The notes: a model not told the origin generated them from the sequence alone. DNA of 64,000 nucleotides from Octopus vulgaris (GCA_951406725.2 OX597839.1:35154001-35218000), one strand, 5' to 3'. Counted from the stretch's first letter, positions 37,898 to 51,887 are shown. Numbers and translations: made by a program.

Positions 37898-39711
37898 GTA
37901 AAAAAACCCTTTTTGCATTTTTGAAATTTGATTTCTTTTTTTCTGTTGATTTGCATGTTATGAAATTTTGTTTGAACCTTTCTGTTAACATCGTGTCAGC
38001 ATGGAAAATGGACATTTAAATGATGATGATGATGATGATGATTTTTATTGAAATAACCTGCTTGCGTTTATTTCAATTAATTTTGAAAATAATGAAGAAT
38101 TTAGTTAAATAACAAGGTTAGTACATTTAAGGCAGCGAGCTGGCAGAAACGTTAGCACGCCGGGCGAAATGCGTAGCCGTATTTCGTCTGCCGTTACGTT
38201 CTGAGTTCAAATTCCACCAAGGTCGACTTTGCCTTTCATCCTTACGGGGTTGATTAAATAAGTACCAGTTACGCACTGGGGTCGATGTAATCGACTTAAT
38301 CCCTTTGTCTGTCCTTGTTTGTCCTCTCTGTGTGTAGCCCCTTGTGGGTAGTAAAGAAATAGGTATTTCGTCTACCGTTACGTTCTGAGTTCAAATTCCG
38401 CCGAGGTCGACTTTGCTTTTCATCCTTTCGGGGTCGATTAAATAAGGCTTCTTCCAGTTTCCGTCTACCAAATTCACTTACAAGGCTTTCGTTGGCCCAA
38501 GGCTGTAGCAGAAGACACTTGTCCGAGGTACCACGCAGCGGGACTGAACCCGGAACCTAGTGGTTGGGAAGCAAGCTTCTTACCACACAGCCAGCCTGGG
38601 AGCTGGCAGAATTGGGGCATCAAACAAAAATACTTAGTGTTATTTACATCCTGACTACATCTCTTTTTGCCCAGGAGAGGTTTAGTCTTTCATCCTTATA
38701 AAATCGATACAATAGGGGCCAAATTCAATACAACAATAAACCTACAGATCACAAACCCTTTAGAAAACTGATTCCTCTCTGCCAATAAGGGGCAGGAACA
38801 TACACAAGATGTTACTCTGAAGCATCACAAATCCTTACGGATATGGAAGGTGTTGCTTCAATCAGTCTCTTTGGCCCAGTAGTTAGGGTTTTGGGAGTCA
38901 CAGTCATAAGGCCATGGGTTCTGTTGTGGAATTGGAGAATGCATCGTGTCCTTGGCCAAAGTATTTCAGTTCGTGTTTCTCCAGTTCTACTTAACCTGGA
39001 AAAAATGAGCACCAGTCGACATCACTCTCTCTCTCACACACACTCTCCCTCCCCACACCTACTCTCATTCACTCTCACTCTCCCCCACTCTCTCTCTCTC
39101 TCTCCTTCATTCACTCCCACTTCTCTCTCTCTCTCTCTCACACTCTCCCTCCCCACACACACACTCTCTCTCTCATTCACTCTTACTCTCCCCACTCTCT
39201 CTCTCTCATTCACTCTTACTCTCTCATTCACTCACTCCCCTTTCTCTCTCTCTCTCACTCTCCCTCCCCACACACACACTCTCTCTCTCTCATTCATTCT
39301 CCCCCACTCTCTCTCTCTCTCCTTCACTCACTCCCCCTTCTTGCATTTACTCTCTCCCTCCCCCACACACTCTCTCCTTTACTCTCACTCCCCCTCACAC
39401 ACTCTCACTCCTTCTTCACTCTCACCCCCCCCCCTATCTCTCCCTCTCATCCAGCTGTCACATCATAGCTGTTCTCTGCTGGGTCATTGGGTGGAAAGGA
39501 GACTCTAGAGAATGTCAGAGATCACAAACCATCGTCTCTCTGCAGGAAGGACACCACTCTCCTATACACTGTGCTTTCTGTAATCTCAAGTGGGAACTAT
39601 CTCCTTACCTCACAGGTTTCCGGTCAACAACACTTCCCATCGTAACCTACCAAATTGCCTACCAAACCTGCTCTGCTCTTTTTAATCCAAGAATCTTTTT
39701 GCTGTTGTCAT

Positions 39712-41530
39712 CGTTGTCATCCGGCATTATCTTGTTAACATCCATTTTCCATGCTGGAATGGGGTTGGACAGTTTGACAGGAGTTGGCCAGCCTGGAAGC
39801 TGTTCAAATTCCAATTGTCTGCTTTGGCATGGTTTCTATGGCTGGATGCCCTTCCTAATATATTTCTTTACTGCCCACAAGGGGCTAAACACAGAAGGGA
39901 CAAACAAGGACAGACAAAGGGATTAAGTCGATTACATCGACCCCAGTGCGAAACTGGTACTTTATTTATCTACCCCCGAAAGGATGAAAGGCAAAGTCGA
40001 CCTCGGCGGAATTTGAACTCAGAACGTAACGACAGACGAAATATGGCTACGCATTTAGCCCGGCGTGCTAACGTTTCTGCCAGCTCGCCGCCGTTGGATG
40101 CCCTTCCTAATGCCAACCACTTTACAGAGTAAGCTGGGTGCTTTTTTTATGTGCCACCAGCATGGGTGCATGTTATGTGCCACCAGCATGGGTGCATGTT
40201 ATGTGCCACCAGCATGGGTGCATGTTATGTGCCACCAGCATGGGTGCATTTTATGTGCCACCAGCATGGGTGCATTTTATGTGCCACCAGCATGGGTGCA
40301 TGTTATGTGCCACCAGCATGGGTGCATGTTATGTGCCACCAGCATGGGTGCATTTTATGTGCCACCAGCATGGGTGCATGTTATGTGCCACCAGCATGGG
40401 TGCATTTTATGTGCCACCAGCATGGGTGCATGTTATGTGCCACCAGCATGGGTGCATGTTATGTGCCACCAGCATGGGTGCATGTTATGTGCCACCAGCA
40501 TGGGTGCATGTTATGTGCCACCAGCATGGGTGCATGTTATGTGCCACCAGCATGGGTGCATGTTATGTGCCACCAGCATGGGTGCATTTTATGTGCCACC
40601 AGCATGGGTGCATGTTATGTGCCACCAGCATGGGTGCATGTTATGTGCCACCAGCATGGGTGCATGTTATGTGCCACCAGCATGGGTGCATTTTATGTGC
40701 CACCAGCATGGGTGCATGTTATGTGCCACCAGCATGGGTGCATTTTATGTGCCACCAGCATGGGTGCATGTTATGTGCCACCAGCATGGGTGCATGTTAT
40801 GTGCCACCAGCATGGGTGCATGTTATGTGCCACCAGCATGGGTGCATTTTATGTGCCACCAGCATGGGTGCATGTTATGTGCCACCAGCATGGGTGCATG
40901 TTATGTGCCACCAGCATGGGTGCATGTTATGTGCCACCAGCATGGGTGCATTTTATGTGCCACCAGCATGGGTGCATGTTATGTGCCACCAGCATGGGTG
41001 CATGTTATGTGCCACCAGCATGGGTGCATTTTATGTGCCACCAGCATGGGTGCATGTTATGTGCCACCAGCATGGGTGCATGTTATGTGCCACCAGCATG
41101 GGTGCATTTTATGTGCCACCAGCATGGGTGCATGTTATGTGCCACCAGCATGGGTGCATGTTATGTGCCACCAGCATGGGTGCATTTTATGTGCCACCAG
41201 CATGGGTGCATGTTATGTGCCACCAGCATGGGTGCATGTTATGTGCCACCAGCATGGGTGCATGTTATGTGCCACCTGCATCTGTAAAGGACAAGCTTGT
41301 ATGTTTGGATGACAGTAATTTTACTTAGCTCGACGTGTCTTCTTGAGTACAGCAAATCTCCACACCTCCTGGTCCCTTGTAATTTCCTTAGCGAGGCCCT
41401 TTGCCTGAGGATCTTTCCTCACCACTTTATCCCACACCTTCCTGGGTCTACCCCTTCCACAGATTCCCTCCACAATTAGCGCTCGGCACTTCTTCATGCA
41501 GCCTCCCTCATCCATATGCATCACCTGCAC
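39712..41530 (-). mobile_element. 5'-truncated RTE-clade LINE (ORF C-terminus, 3' UTR with minisatellite) containing a nested SINE-B
   Basis: 41530-41321 encodes ...VEGICGRGRPRKVWDKVVRKD...GLAKEITRDQEVWRFAV. The 3' UTR equals family C. SINE-B at 39861-40092 is flanked by the 17-bp TSD TGGATGCCCTTCCTAAT (39843-39859 / 40095-40111). Confidence 0.85.
40147..41276. repeat. 26-bp minisatellite, 43 full units plus a partial unit
   Basis: Unit TTATGTGCCACCAGCATGGGTGCAT(G/T); one variable position. Confidence 0.97.
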
Positions 41531-43137
41531 ATGAAAATCTGCTGGTCACCTTTCTAAGTGTCTGCATGTTTTCCTTACAAAATAGCTCTGCAAGATCTTC
41601 ACTGATATTCTCTCTCTTTTTACTCTTTTACTTGTTTCAGTCATTTGACTGCGGCCATGCTGGAGCACCGCCTTTAGTCGAGCAAATCGACCCCGGGACT
41701 TATTCTTTTGTAAGCCCAGTACTTATTCTATCGGTCTCTTTTGCCGAACCGCTAAGTGACGGGGATGTAAACACACCAGCATCGGTTGTCAAGCAATGCT
41801 AGAGGGACAAACACAGACACACACACTTATATATATATATACATATATACGACGGGCTTCTTTCAGTTTCCGTCTACCAAATCCACTCACAAGGCATTGG
41901 TCGGCCCGGGGCTATAGTAGAAGACACTTGCCCTAGGTGCCACGCAGTGGGACTGAACCCGGAACCATGTGGTTGGTTAGCAAGCTACTTACCACACAGC
42001 CACTCCTGCGCCTGGAGTGGATAATAATCAATGATGTCTAAGATTATGAGTCTGCAGCTATTCTTCTTTAAACTGCCATTAACCTACTTAATAACTGCTG
42101 CAGTGATTTAACTTTATGGATTAACTGATTCCTTTCTTTATTCATCTGCTATTGCCTTCCTAATTGTGCTTTGGATTTATTTTGCATTTCTGTAAAATTT
42201 ATTTATCCTACACTCGCAGTATTGCCCGGCGTTGCTCGGGTTTGTTTTGACCCTTTAGAATTGGAATTTTTGAAAAGTAAAAATTTTGCATTATGTAGCT
42301 TGTTATTCTCTTTATACATTTTTCTGGTTGGTATACACCAAAAAATGGCGACACAGCAGTCAAAAAATCGTAAAAAATAGGGATTTTCATAGAAAAAAAA
42401 AAGCACCTTTTTGATGTAAATAATTTTTGGTGTTAACATGGTCCGATTTGAGAATTTTTATCTTCTACGGAATGAAGAGCAAGCCTTCTTCTATCATACT
42501 CTCAATTTTGGTCAACTTGCGCTGCAGGATCTCAAAGGAGATAGTGTTAGTTGAAGGCTACCAAACCTGCCACACACACAGACAACTTCAGCTTTATATA
42601 TATAGATATATATAGGTGTTTTGACAAATTGCTTTTGTGGTCCTTAGATGTGATGTAAGTGGTTGTTTTAGCAAGACAGTTTAGTTTGTTTTGGATTTTT
42701 ATATCTTTTATTATTGATTGCTCGTGTATTGATAGCCTGATGCATTTTGCCGAGTTTTTATTTCTTCACTTATTGATGTTTTTGTGCAATAAGTTATCGT
42801 TAACGTCTTCACTTCAGTTGTGCAAGTTCCTTTCTTACCAATTATGAATATGTTTTCTAAAGACTTTTTATGATCTTTAAACCCACGATAAGCTTATTTT
42901 GGAAACATTCCATTCAGTTTCTAAATAGAACATTGTTCCATTAACTCTTGTGTTGCTATTTCTCTGTTGAAATCCCCTGCCTTTATGGGGAGGCATGTGA
43001 CTTAGTGGTTAGTGTGTCAGGCTTCTGATTGTAAGATTGTGGTTTCGATTGATGGACCGTGCAATGTTCTTGTGCAGGACACTTCATTTCACATAGCTCC
43101 AGTCCACTCAACTGCAATGGACTGGCATCTCGTCCAG

Positions 43138-43513
43138 GGTGGGGGGGTCCCTATGGAAGCACTCCGTCGATTACGACGACAAGGGTTCCGGTTGATCCGA
43201 ATCAACGTGTAAGTGGCTGAGCACTCCACAGACACATGTACCCTTAACGTAGTTCTCGGGGATATTCAGCATGACACAGAAAGTGACAAGGCCGGCCCTT
43301 TGAAATACAGGTACAACAGAAACAGGAAGTAAGAGTGAGAGAAAGTTGTGGTGAAAGAGTACAGCAGGGATCACCACCATCCCCTACCGGAGCCTCGTGG
43401 AGCTTTTTAGGTGTTTTCGATCAATAAACACTCACAACGCCCGGTCTGGGAATCGAAACCGCGATCCTACGACCGCGAGTCCGCTGCCCTAACCACTGGG
43501 CCATTGCGCCTCC
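43138..43513 (-). mobile_element. SINE family E with alternative tail, inserted into an older CORE-type SINE
   Basis: Same head as 12474. GGGGGTCCCTAT is duplicated on both sides. Confidence 0.75.
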
Positions 43514-44247
43514 TATAGGGGGTCCCTATAGAAACTGGAAAACCAGCTTTATGTATTATACATCCAAAATATGATAACTTTGTGGTCTTGATTTTCGACA
43601 GCAGGTAGCATTGGACTTTCAGCATTTCTAGTACTGCAGTGTCTGTTACCCTGTCTTTCCAGCTTATTCTGCCCAATCTATGGATGATCCATAGCCTGGT
43701 GTGGTCTACAATTTGCCTAAGTCCCAAATTTCTCAACTAACTGAAGACAAAAATAGAAATGTGTATCGTATATGAGACATGGGACACCAGGGAAATATGT
43801 CCTGTGTCTCGTTAGATGTGAAACACAAAACAGGCAAACAGTTAAGGAACTTGTGTCTATGTATGAGCCAAAAGGGAACCTTTGTATGCTAGAAATACCA
43901 ACCAAATCTCTCTCTCGTCTTAATCCTTTGCCTGGCCAATGCATTTTCTTAAATTTGTCCTAAACATCCCTGCTTGTTTCCAGACTTTAAATTTTCTCTT
44001 CTTTCATATGTTCTGAGGAATAAAAAGATTTCCTTTCATAAGCCCAAAGTTACTCTGGTGATTGGAAAGCAATTGGGAACGTGTATCATATATAATGTAT
44101 GAACACCGGGGAAATGTGTCCTGTGTATCATCAAATGAGATAATACACAGGACAAGCAAAAAATTAAGCCACTTATATATCATATATATTTGATTCTGAT
44201 GGAGATATTTATTGTAAAAAAAATAAATTTTTTTTTGAATTTTGCAG

Positions 44248-44395
44248 ATAGTTTGGCTGTGAAAGAAGCACAATGGCATTTCAAAAGCGCTTTGAGAATT
44301 CTTCAGAATTATGGCTGTGATTATCAATGTTTGCTGATATACAACTATATGAGTCTTAACTACTACAGGCAGGGAAAACTGGAGAAAGGAATAAG
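44248..44395 (+). CDS. NLR-like gene exon 4 (TPR-like)
   Basis: Acceptor ttttgcag|. Encodes NSLAVKEAQWHFKSALRILQNYGCDYQCLLIYNYMSLNYYRQGKLEKGIR. Donor AG|GTATT, phase 1-2. Confidence 0.88.
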
Positions 44396-44427
44396 GTATT
44401 ATTATAGTGAAGTGGTCTCTGTTCGGG

Positions 44428-46080
44428 TTTATGACATACATGGGCCATTGTGGGTGTTTTTATGACAGACACAGGTCATTGTGGATGTTTATGACTTACA
44501 CCGATCACTGTTGGTGTTTATGATGCACGAGTCATGATGGATGCTTTTATGACTGACATAGATCATAGTTGGTGTTTATGATATACATTGATCATTGTGG
44601 ATGTTTTTATGACTGACACAGGTCATTGTGGATGTTTATGACTTACACTGATCATTGTTGGTGTTTATGATGCATGAGTCATGATGGATGCTTTTATGAC
44701 TGACATAGATCATAGTTGGTGTTTATGATATACATTGATCATTGTGGATGTTTTTATGACTGACACAGGTCATTGTGGATGTTTATGACTTACACTGATC
44801 ATTGTTGGTGTTTATGATGCATGAGTCATGATGGATGCTTTTATGACTGACATAGATCATAGTTGGTGTTTATGATATACGTTGATCATTGTGGATATTT
44901 TTATGACTGACATTTTATTTTCATGTTGCTCCAGTTCACTCAGCTGTAGAAATGAGTTGCGACGTCACAGGTGCCAAGCTTTATTGGCCCCTTTGCCTTT
45001 CCCTTGGATAACATCAGTGACATGAAGAGGGAAGGCTGGGCAACTGCTGGTCTTCCAGAAACAACCTTGCCTGGACTTGTGCCTCAGAGGGGAACTTCCT
45101 AGGTGCAGCCCCATGGTCATGATTGACCAAAGGGGGTCTTTACACGTGTGTGTATGCATCCTTGTCTCAAGATGATGCTGTGGTTGTAAATGAGTGTCAC
45201 CTTCATAGAAGCAGTGTCATTTGTTTCCAGTCTTCCATGGTATTGGTGTTTATGATGCACATGGGTTGTTGTATATGTTTTTATGACTTACACAGATCAT
45301 TGTTGGTGTTTATGACACACAGTGGTCATTGTGGATGTTTATGACACACAGGGGTCATTGTGGATGTTTATGACACATGAGTCATTGTGGATGATTCTAT
45401 GACTTACACAGATCACTGTTGGTGTTTATGATACACAGGGGTCATTGTGGATGTTTATGACATACATGGGTCATTGTGGATGTTTATGACACATGAGTCA
45501 TTGTGGGCGCTTCTATGACTTACACAGATCACTGTTGGTGTTTATGATACACAGGGGTCATTGTGGATGTTTATGACATACATGGGTCATTGTGTATGAT
45601 TCTATGACTTACACAGATCACTGTTGGTGTTTATGATACACAGGGGTCATTGTGGATGTTTATGACATACATGGGTCATTGTGGATGTTTATGACACATG
45701 GTCATTGTAGATGTTTATGACACATGAGTCATTATGGGCGCTTCTATGACTTACACAGATCACTGTTGGTGTTTATGATACACAGGGGTCATTGTGGATG
45801 TTTATGACATACATGGGTCATTGTGGATGATTCTATGATTTACACAGATCACTGTTGGTGTTTATGATACACAGGGGTCATTGTGGATGTTTATGACATA
45901 CATGGGTCATTGTGGATGTTTATGACATACATCGATCATTGTGGATGCTTCTATGACTTACACAGATCACTGTTGGTGTTTATGATACACAGGGGTCATT
46001 GTGGATGTTTATGACTTACACAGACTACTGTTGGTGTTTATGACATACTTGGGCTATTGTGGGTGTTTTTATGACACACA
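44428..46080. repeat. ~29-bp minisatellite with 147-bp higher-order repeat, interrupted by a SINE fragment (~44915-45240)
   Basis: Unit ~TTATGACACACAGGTCATTGTGGATGT. Near-identical blocks start at 44464, 44611 and 44758. Confidence 0.9.
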
Positions 46081-46520
46081 AGTCAGTGTTAATTAGGTAG
46101 ATATAAAAATGTGGATTTAATTATTTCCAGGTAAATATCTTTGTTTCTTGTCATTTCATTACAAGATTAAAGCATTAATTAACATTGTTGTGAAAGACAC
46201 AGAAGCAAGTATGTTAGATTTTCATGCCATGTAAAAAACCACCCATGCTGTTGTCACATATAAAATGTGATAACATTGGTCCTACATACAAAACGCCCAG
46301 TGCACTTTGTAGAGTAGTTGGCATGGGAAGCGCATCCAACTGCAGAAGCCGTGCCAAAACAGACAATTGGAGCCTGTTGAGGCTTTCTGGTTTGCAAACT
46401 CATATCATCCCATCCAACCCATGCCAGCATGGAAAGCTGAATGATTAAATGATGATGATGATGATGAAATACATTAGTTGATGTTTGTTTAATTATTTTA
46501 TCTTTTTACTCTTCATTAAG

Positions 46521-46630
46521 GGCTGCAGAGAAAGCTCTAGAAACCACTGTCTTTGATCGAGATAGAGCCGATGTTGAGCACGCTAAGATCTACTCTTATG
46601 TGCACCTGACACACAACCTTATCTTTGCTG
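46521..46630 (+). CDS. NLR-like gene exon 5 (TPR-like; not in ORF track)
   Basis: Acceptor cttcattaag|. Encodes AAEKALETTVFDRDRADVEHAKIYSYVHLTHNLIFAG. Donor G|GTGAGT, phase 2-1. Confidence 0.87.
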
Positions 46631-46866
46631 GTGAGTCTTAATTGCTTTCGTGTATTATCAGTTGATTAATTATGTTAATTACCTTGGTACCAGTACATTG
46701 GTGGGGTGGGGGAGTGACAGCAACAGTGCTGGTTCTGGGGGGAGTGCATTATAATTATATATTATTAACCCTTTAATTGCAAAATTAAGTTTCATGGTTA
46801 CTTCAGTAATGATGTTAAATATCTCCTAAAAAAATAGAATTGTCATTTTCTGCAAATCCCATTCCT

Positions 46867-47192
46867 TCAATAAACTTGACATGTTTCAACAGCAAATTGT
46901 TCCAAACATGACCTTCTTCTATGAAATTTTGAGTGGATATATCTGATTTCTGCAGTTATGGTGTTAAATATCTTCTGAAAAAATATTTTCTGCAAGTCAC
47001 GTTGTTTCAATAAACTTGACATGTTTCAACAGAAAATTGTTCCAAACATGACCTTCTCCCATGAAATTTTAAATGGATATATCTGATTTCTGCAGTTATG
47101 GTGTTAAATATCTTCTGAAAAATATTTTCTGCAAGTCACGTTGTTTCAATAAACTTGACATGTTTCAACAGAAAATTGTTCCAAACATGACC
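46867..47192. repeat. ~140-bp tandem repeat (2.3 units)
   Basis: TCAATAAACTTGACATGTTTCAACAG occurs at 46867, 47007 and 47146. Confidence 0.9.
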
Positions 47193-47760
47193 ATTCCTCA
47201 GCAACTTGACTGGCTCCAGTGCCGGAGGCACACAAGAAGCACCAGCCGAACGTGGCCGTTGCCAGCGCCGCCTTGGCTAGCTTCCGTGCCGGTGGCACGT
47301 TAAAAGCTCCAACCGATCGTGGCCGATGCCGGACCCCCCCTGGCACCTGTGCAGGTGGCACATAAAAAGCACCCACTACACTCACGGAGTGGTTGGCGTT
47401 AGGAAGGGCATCCAGCTGTAGAAACTCTGCCAGATCAGACTGGAGCCTGGTGCAGCCCCTGGCGTCCCAGACCCCGGTCGAACCGTCCAACCCGTGCTAG
47501 CATGGAGAACGGACGTTAAACAAGGATGATGATGATGATGATGATTGGCATATAAAACTACTTTCTGTAGTTAAGGGTAATGACATTTTGAGTGGTGGAT
47601 AGATCTGATTTCTGCTATAAAAATGTTTACCATTTAACTGCAAAATTAAGTCTCGTTGTTATTCCAGTAATTATGCTAACTATCTACCAAAAAAATAAAT
47701 AAAATAAAAATTAGAAAATTAAAAAAATAGAATTTGTATTTTTCTGCGAATCACATTATT

Positions 47761-48826
47761 TTAACCTTTTCGTTACTAAGCCGTTAATTTTGGTTAATGT
47801 GACCAAACCGCCCAAATTTACCTATTCATATTTAAATGAGAATATCAGAGCAAATCTCTTTAGTACATTCATGAAAACATGTGATTATGCTTCGTAAACA
47901 GTTAATCTACAGTTTTGTACAACGATCGACGTGTAATTTTAATTCCCTAAATTTTGGGAGATTTTTTTCCACATTTTTTTCGGCATCGATATTTCTTCAA
48001 CTTTGAAAATGGATAGGAGCTTCATGTTATCAAGCATTGATTCTGAATTGGAAAATTTGTGAAACAAATACTGGGTACTGTTGTGGATTTAGTTTTTATA
48101 CAGAAAAACTAATGTTAGTCAGCATGGCTTAGGGTATGATGTGGTCTGGAAGTTATTGTTTGAAGCGATCAATGCGGAAACAAACTTACGCAGATTGTAA
48201 ACAAACAACAAAATGGGGGTTCAAATTTCGGAAAATTTGTGAAGCAAATACTGGGTACTGCGTGGATTTAGTTTTTATACAGGGAAAATAATGTTAGTCA
48301 GCATGGCCTAGGGAACGATGTGGTCTGGAATTTATCACTTCCATACCATAACCAGGGCTGTATATTATTTTTTGACCGATTTCTTTAGTTCGGTTAAACT
48401 TACGGTGGATTCCAATATTTCACTTTATTCCACCTTTATGGTACACCTGTTGTGCATTAAATTCAACTGATGATATAGTGATGTGCACATTTCTTCTTTA
48501 TCAAAATTTTGTTGCATACCCATTTGAATATTAGCTGATGATTCATTTTATATGGTGATGTTTAAACAAAATTTTAATATTTTTACCTTTTGCTCAATTT
48601 ACCTGGATTTACCTGTAATTAAAGTCACTTTGAGACAAAAGTTATGCAATAAAATTGATTAAGAACCCTTTCTTTAATTATGTTCCAAATATCACATTAA
48701 TATGTTGATAAGTAAAAAAGTTACAGCTATTTAATGAAACAAGCCTAGATTCATGATTATTTTAGAATTTAATTGAAACTCATGAGGGGTGTATTTTGGT
48801 CAGAAATATAGTAACGAAAGGGTTAA
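47761..48826. mobile_element. ~1.06-kb non-autonomous piggyBac-like element
   Basis: TTAA|CCTTTTCGTTACTA ... TAGTAACGAAAGGG|TTAA. Internal ~180-bp direct repeat; no ORF. Confidence 0.78.
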
Positions 48827-50762
48827 TAAACTTGACATTTTTCAACAAACAGAAAAATATTGGGTTGGTGCATAGTTATTGTGGCTTTTTTTCAACGAAA
48901 ACAATAACTATTTAACAAAAACATCTTTAAATGACGGTTTGACCGCCTGCCGAGCAAATGGGAAGCAGTAATTGACGTATTAGGTTGTCAAGAATGTTCT
49001 TGCAGAATTTTAAATTTTGGTTTTAAATGATGTATTTTCAAATTAATTTTCGTTAAATTACTTTGAGTTTATATATCATTTTAAAACCCGTTTTTCGCTC
49101 TACCTAGTCATGTTACTCCTTTTTCTTTTTGGATAATTAGGCCATTTTTTAAACACTGCCAGATCAGACTGGAACCTGGTGCAGCCGCCTGGCTTCCCAG
49201 ACCCCGGTCGAACTGTCCAACCCATGCTACCATGGAAAACGGACGTTAAACGATGATGATATATTTCTGCAGAAAAGGGGGTTGAATCAACACAGAATGT
49301 TGGGCATATTTGCCCTTTTCGGATCTTTCGGTTTGAACGGCAGCTTTTTCTAGCGGTGTCATATGAAATTGTCACCCATAATTATGACCCTAGTATCGAC
49401 CTATTGCATTTCAATCTGTTTTAGGGTTAGGGAGAAGGGTATCTTTTTTTCTTCAGAAATGTAAATAAACCCAATCTGTTTCTTGAACGAGGGATATATT
49501 CATACGGCACAGAATGTTTTTTTTACCTCAATAGACGTCATTGATTGGTTGAAATTGCAGAAATTGAAGAAGAAAAACAACAAATATCTTACAAACTATA
49601 GAATTTTCTCAATAAAGCCAAGAGAAAAAGATGTTTTATAAACACATTCTACCAGTATATGAAGTTTAAAAGTGTTTAGTTACGTGGAAATTATTTTAAA
49701 AAACTGCCGGTCAAACCTTTTCTATACTATTGGCAGCAACATTCTTGGGTTACAAACTATACTAAATGCCACATGGTATTTGTCTTTTATCTATTTCAGT
49801 CATTAGATTGTGGCCATGCTGGAGCAATACCTTGAAAGGTTTTAGTCAAATAAACCGATCCCAATACAAATGTTTCTCTTTTTTTTTTTTAGTCTGGTAC
49901 TTATTGTATTGTTTTCTTTTGCTGAACCACTAAGTCATGTGGGTTCATAAACAAACCAACATCATTTGTCAAACAATGGAGTTGGGGCAGTGGGGGAGAT
50001 GCATACACACACACACACACACACACAAAGTAATCTTTTCTCTGTATATATATGCTTTCAGAAATAAATTTCATTTTAATGGCTCTGAAGAAGCTATCTA
50101 ATGTTGCACAAGCACCCATCTCTGAGTGCATTGCCTCTTATAACTGAAACAGCTGTCAGCTAATGAAAATGACTGCATAACTCTTATTCTTTTCGACATT
50201 TTATAATTAATGTATACAACATGCTTCCACAGATTTTGTCTACCAAATCCATTCTCAATGTATTGGTTGACTTGGAGCTATGATAGATGACACATGCATT
50301 AGAACTGAACCTAAAATGATATGGTTGCAAAGCAAGTTTCTTATCCACACGCCCATGCCTGCACCTATCTTTGATTTTTATTTTCTTTATTATGCAGTCT
50401 AGTGGAAAGAAGGAGCTGTGTTCTTTATGGCGGGTGAGTTTAATACAGTTGTCTCGCTTGATTAGTAACGCTTCGACGGCTGGAGGAAAGGAAGGAAAAG
50501 ACACGCATAACGAACATACCCATCGTGACCACCCGTCTGATAAGGGTGCACCAAGCACATGCCTCACAGCCAAATATGCGCACCATGGTGATCTCATATC
50601 AAGATATACAGTGCATGACCTTGCAGGTGGAGCCCAGTTAGAATACACACACATACACACTTCGCTCACACACACACACATACATTCACATGCACACACA
50701 ATCATATTGTGTTTTATTCTATTTTTCTAAATTCTTTCTTTTCTCTTCCTTTCTTCCCTCAG

Positions 50763-50876
50763 GAAACCATTCCAAAGCTGGGCAAGTGCTGCACGAACAA
50801 CTGACCCTGGTCGGAGAATCTGGACATCCAGCCGTCTGTTATATGCTAAACAACGTTGGACTTAATATTGAACGCT
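50763..50876 (+). CDS. NLR-like gene exon 6 (TPR-like)
   Basis: Long polypyrimidine tract plus AG at 50761-50762. Encodes GNHSKAGQVLHEQLTLVGESGHPAVCYMLNNVGLNIER (HP..LNNVG TPR signature). Donor T|GTAAGA, phase 1-1. Confidence 0.88.
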
Positions 50877-51029
50877 GTAAGAACCTGATGGCTTTTTTTT
50901 GGGGGGGGGGGGTCAACATGATAGGCCCAGTCCAGACACAACTCTGGGGTGAACAAGTTCACTTCCCAACTAGTGGTTTCCGACTATTTTTCTACCTATG
51001 GACCAAGCAGGGCGTTGCTCCTGTCCACT

Positions 51030-51275
51030 CAGCTGTAACAGGGTTCTAGCTGTAACAGGGTCCCAGCTGTAACAGGACCCCAGTTGTAACAGGGTTCCAG
51101 CTGTAACAGGGTCCCAGCTGTAACAGGATCCCCACTGTAACAGGGCCCCAGCTGTAACAGGGTTCTAGCTGTAACAGGGCCCCAGTTGTAACAGGGTCCC
51201 AGCTGTAACAGGGCCCCAGCTGTAACAGGGCCCCAGCTGTAACAGGGCCCTAGCTGTAACATGGTCCCAGCCGTA
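51030..51275. repeat. 17-bp minisatellite (~14 units)
   Basis: Unit AGCTGTAACAGGG(T/C)CCC. Confidence 0.92.
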
Positions 51276-51887
51276 GCTAGGAAATTAACCCAATGACAGA
51301 CCAGCAATCGCATGTCAGTGAGGGTTGTAATCTCAGTCACTCATACACCAATTCTAGAGGTGTGGGTTAGGATGTTCGACTTGTGATCATAAGATTGTGG
51401 TTTCAATGAATTATAATGAATTATCCTGTGATAGACCAGCCAGCCAGCCAGCTCTGAGGAACGGGGGCCATTATAGGAGAGACAGAAAAGACTGGGTATC
51501 AGGGGCTGGAAGATGAGGGACCGTTAGGGCTTGAATGCCCATCAGTCAAGGATCCCTTCTCTGGATGAGAGAAAGATTTAAAATGCCTGCAACAGTGGCA
51601 GTGGTGGTGGTGGTGGTGGTGATGATGATGGTGGGGGAGATGGCAATGGTCTGAGAGAGTGGTAGCGGTGGAGAGGATGAGAGAGGTGGTGGGGAGAACG
51701 AGTGGGTGGGTAGGTGGGTGGGTGGGAAAAGGATGTTGCTTGTTGTTTCATCCCTAGAGATGAGATCAATTAGTTTTGAGAAAAAGCAATAATCTTTATT
51801 CACAGCATCCGATTCTTCTCTCAACATTAACGAGTATTGAACCATGGTTTTTTTCCTTTCTTCCTTTCTTTCTTGTACTCTTCGCAG

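Noticed and set aside
38812-39012. 66-aa ORF resembling a LINE fragment
   Set aside because: The DNA is a decayed CORE-type SINE read antisense; no RT or endonuclease motif.
40065-41328. Three overlapping 378-415 aa Cys/His-rich ORFs; also a superficially CRISPR-like array
   Set aside because: All are translations of a stop-free 26-bp tandem unit. There are no unique spacers, no cas genes and no splice support.
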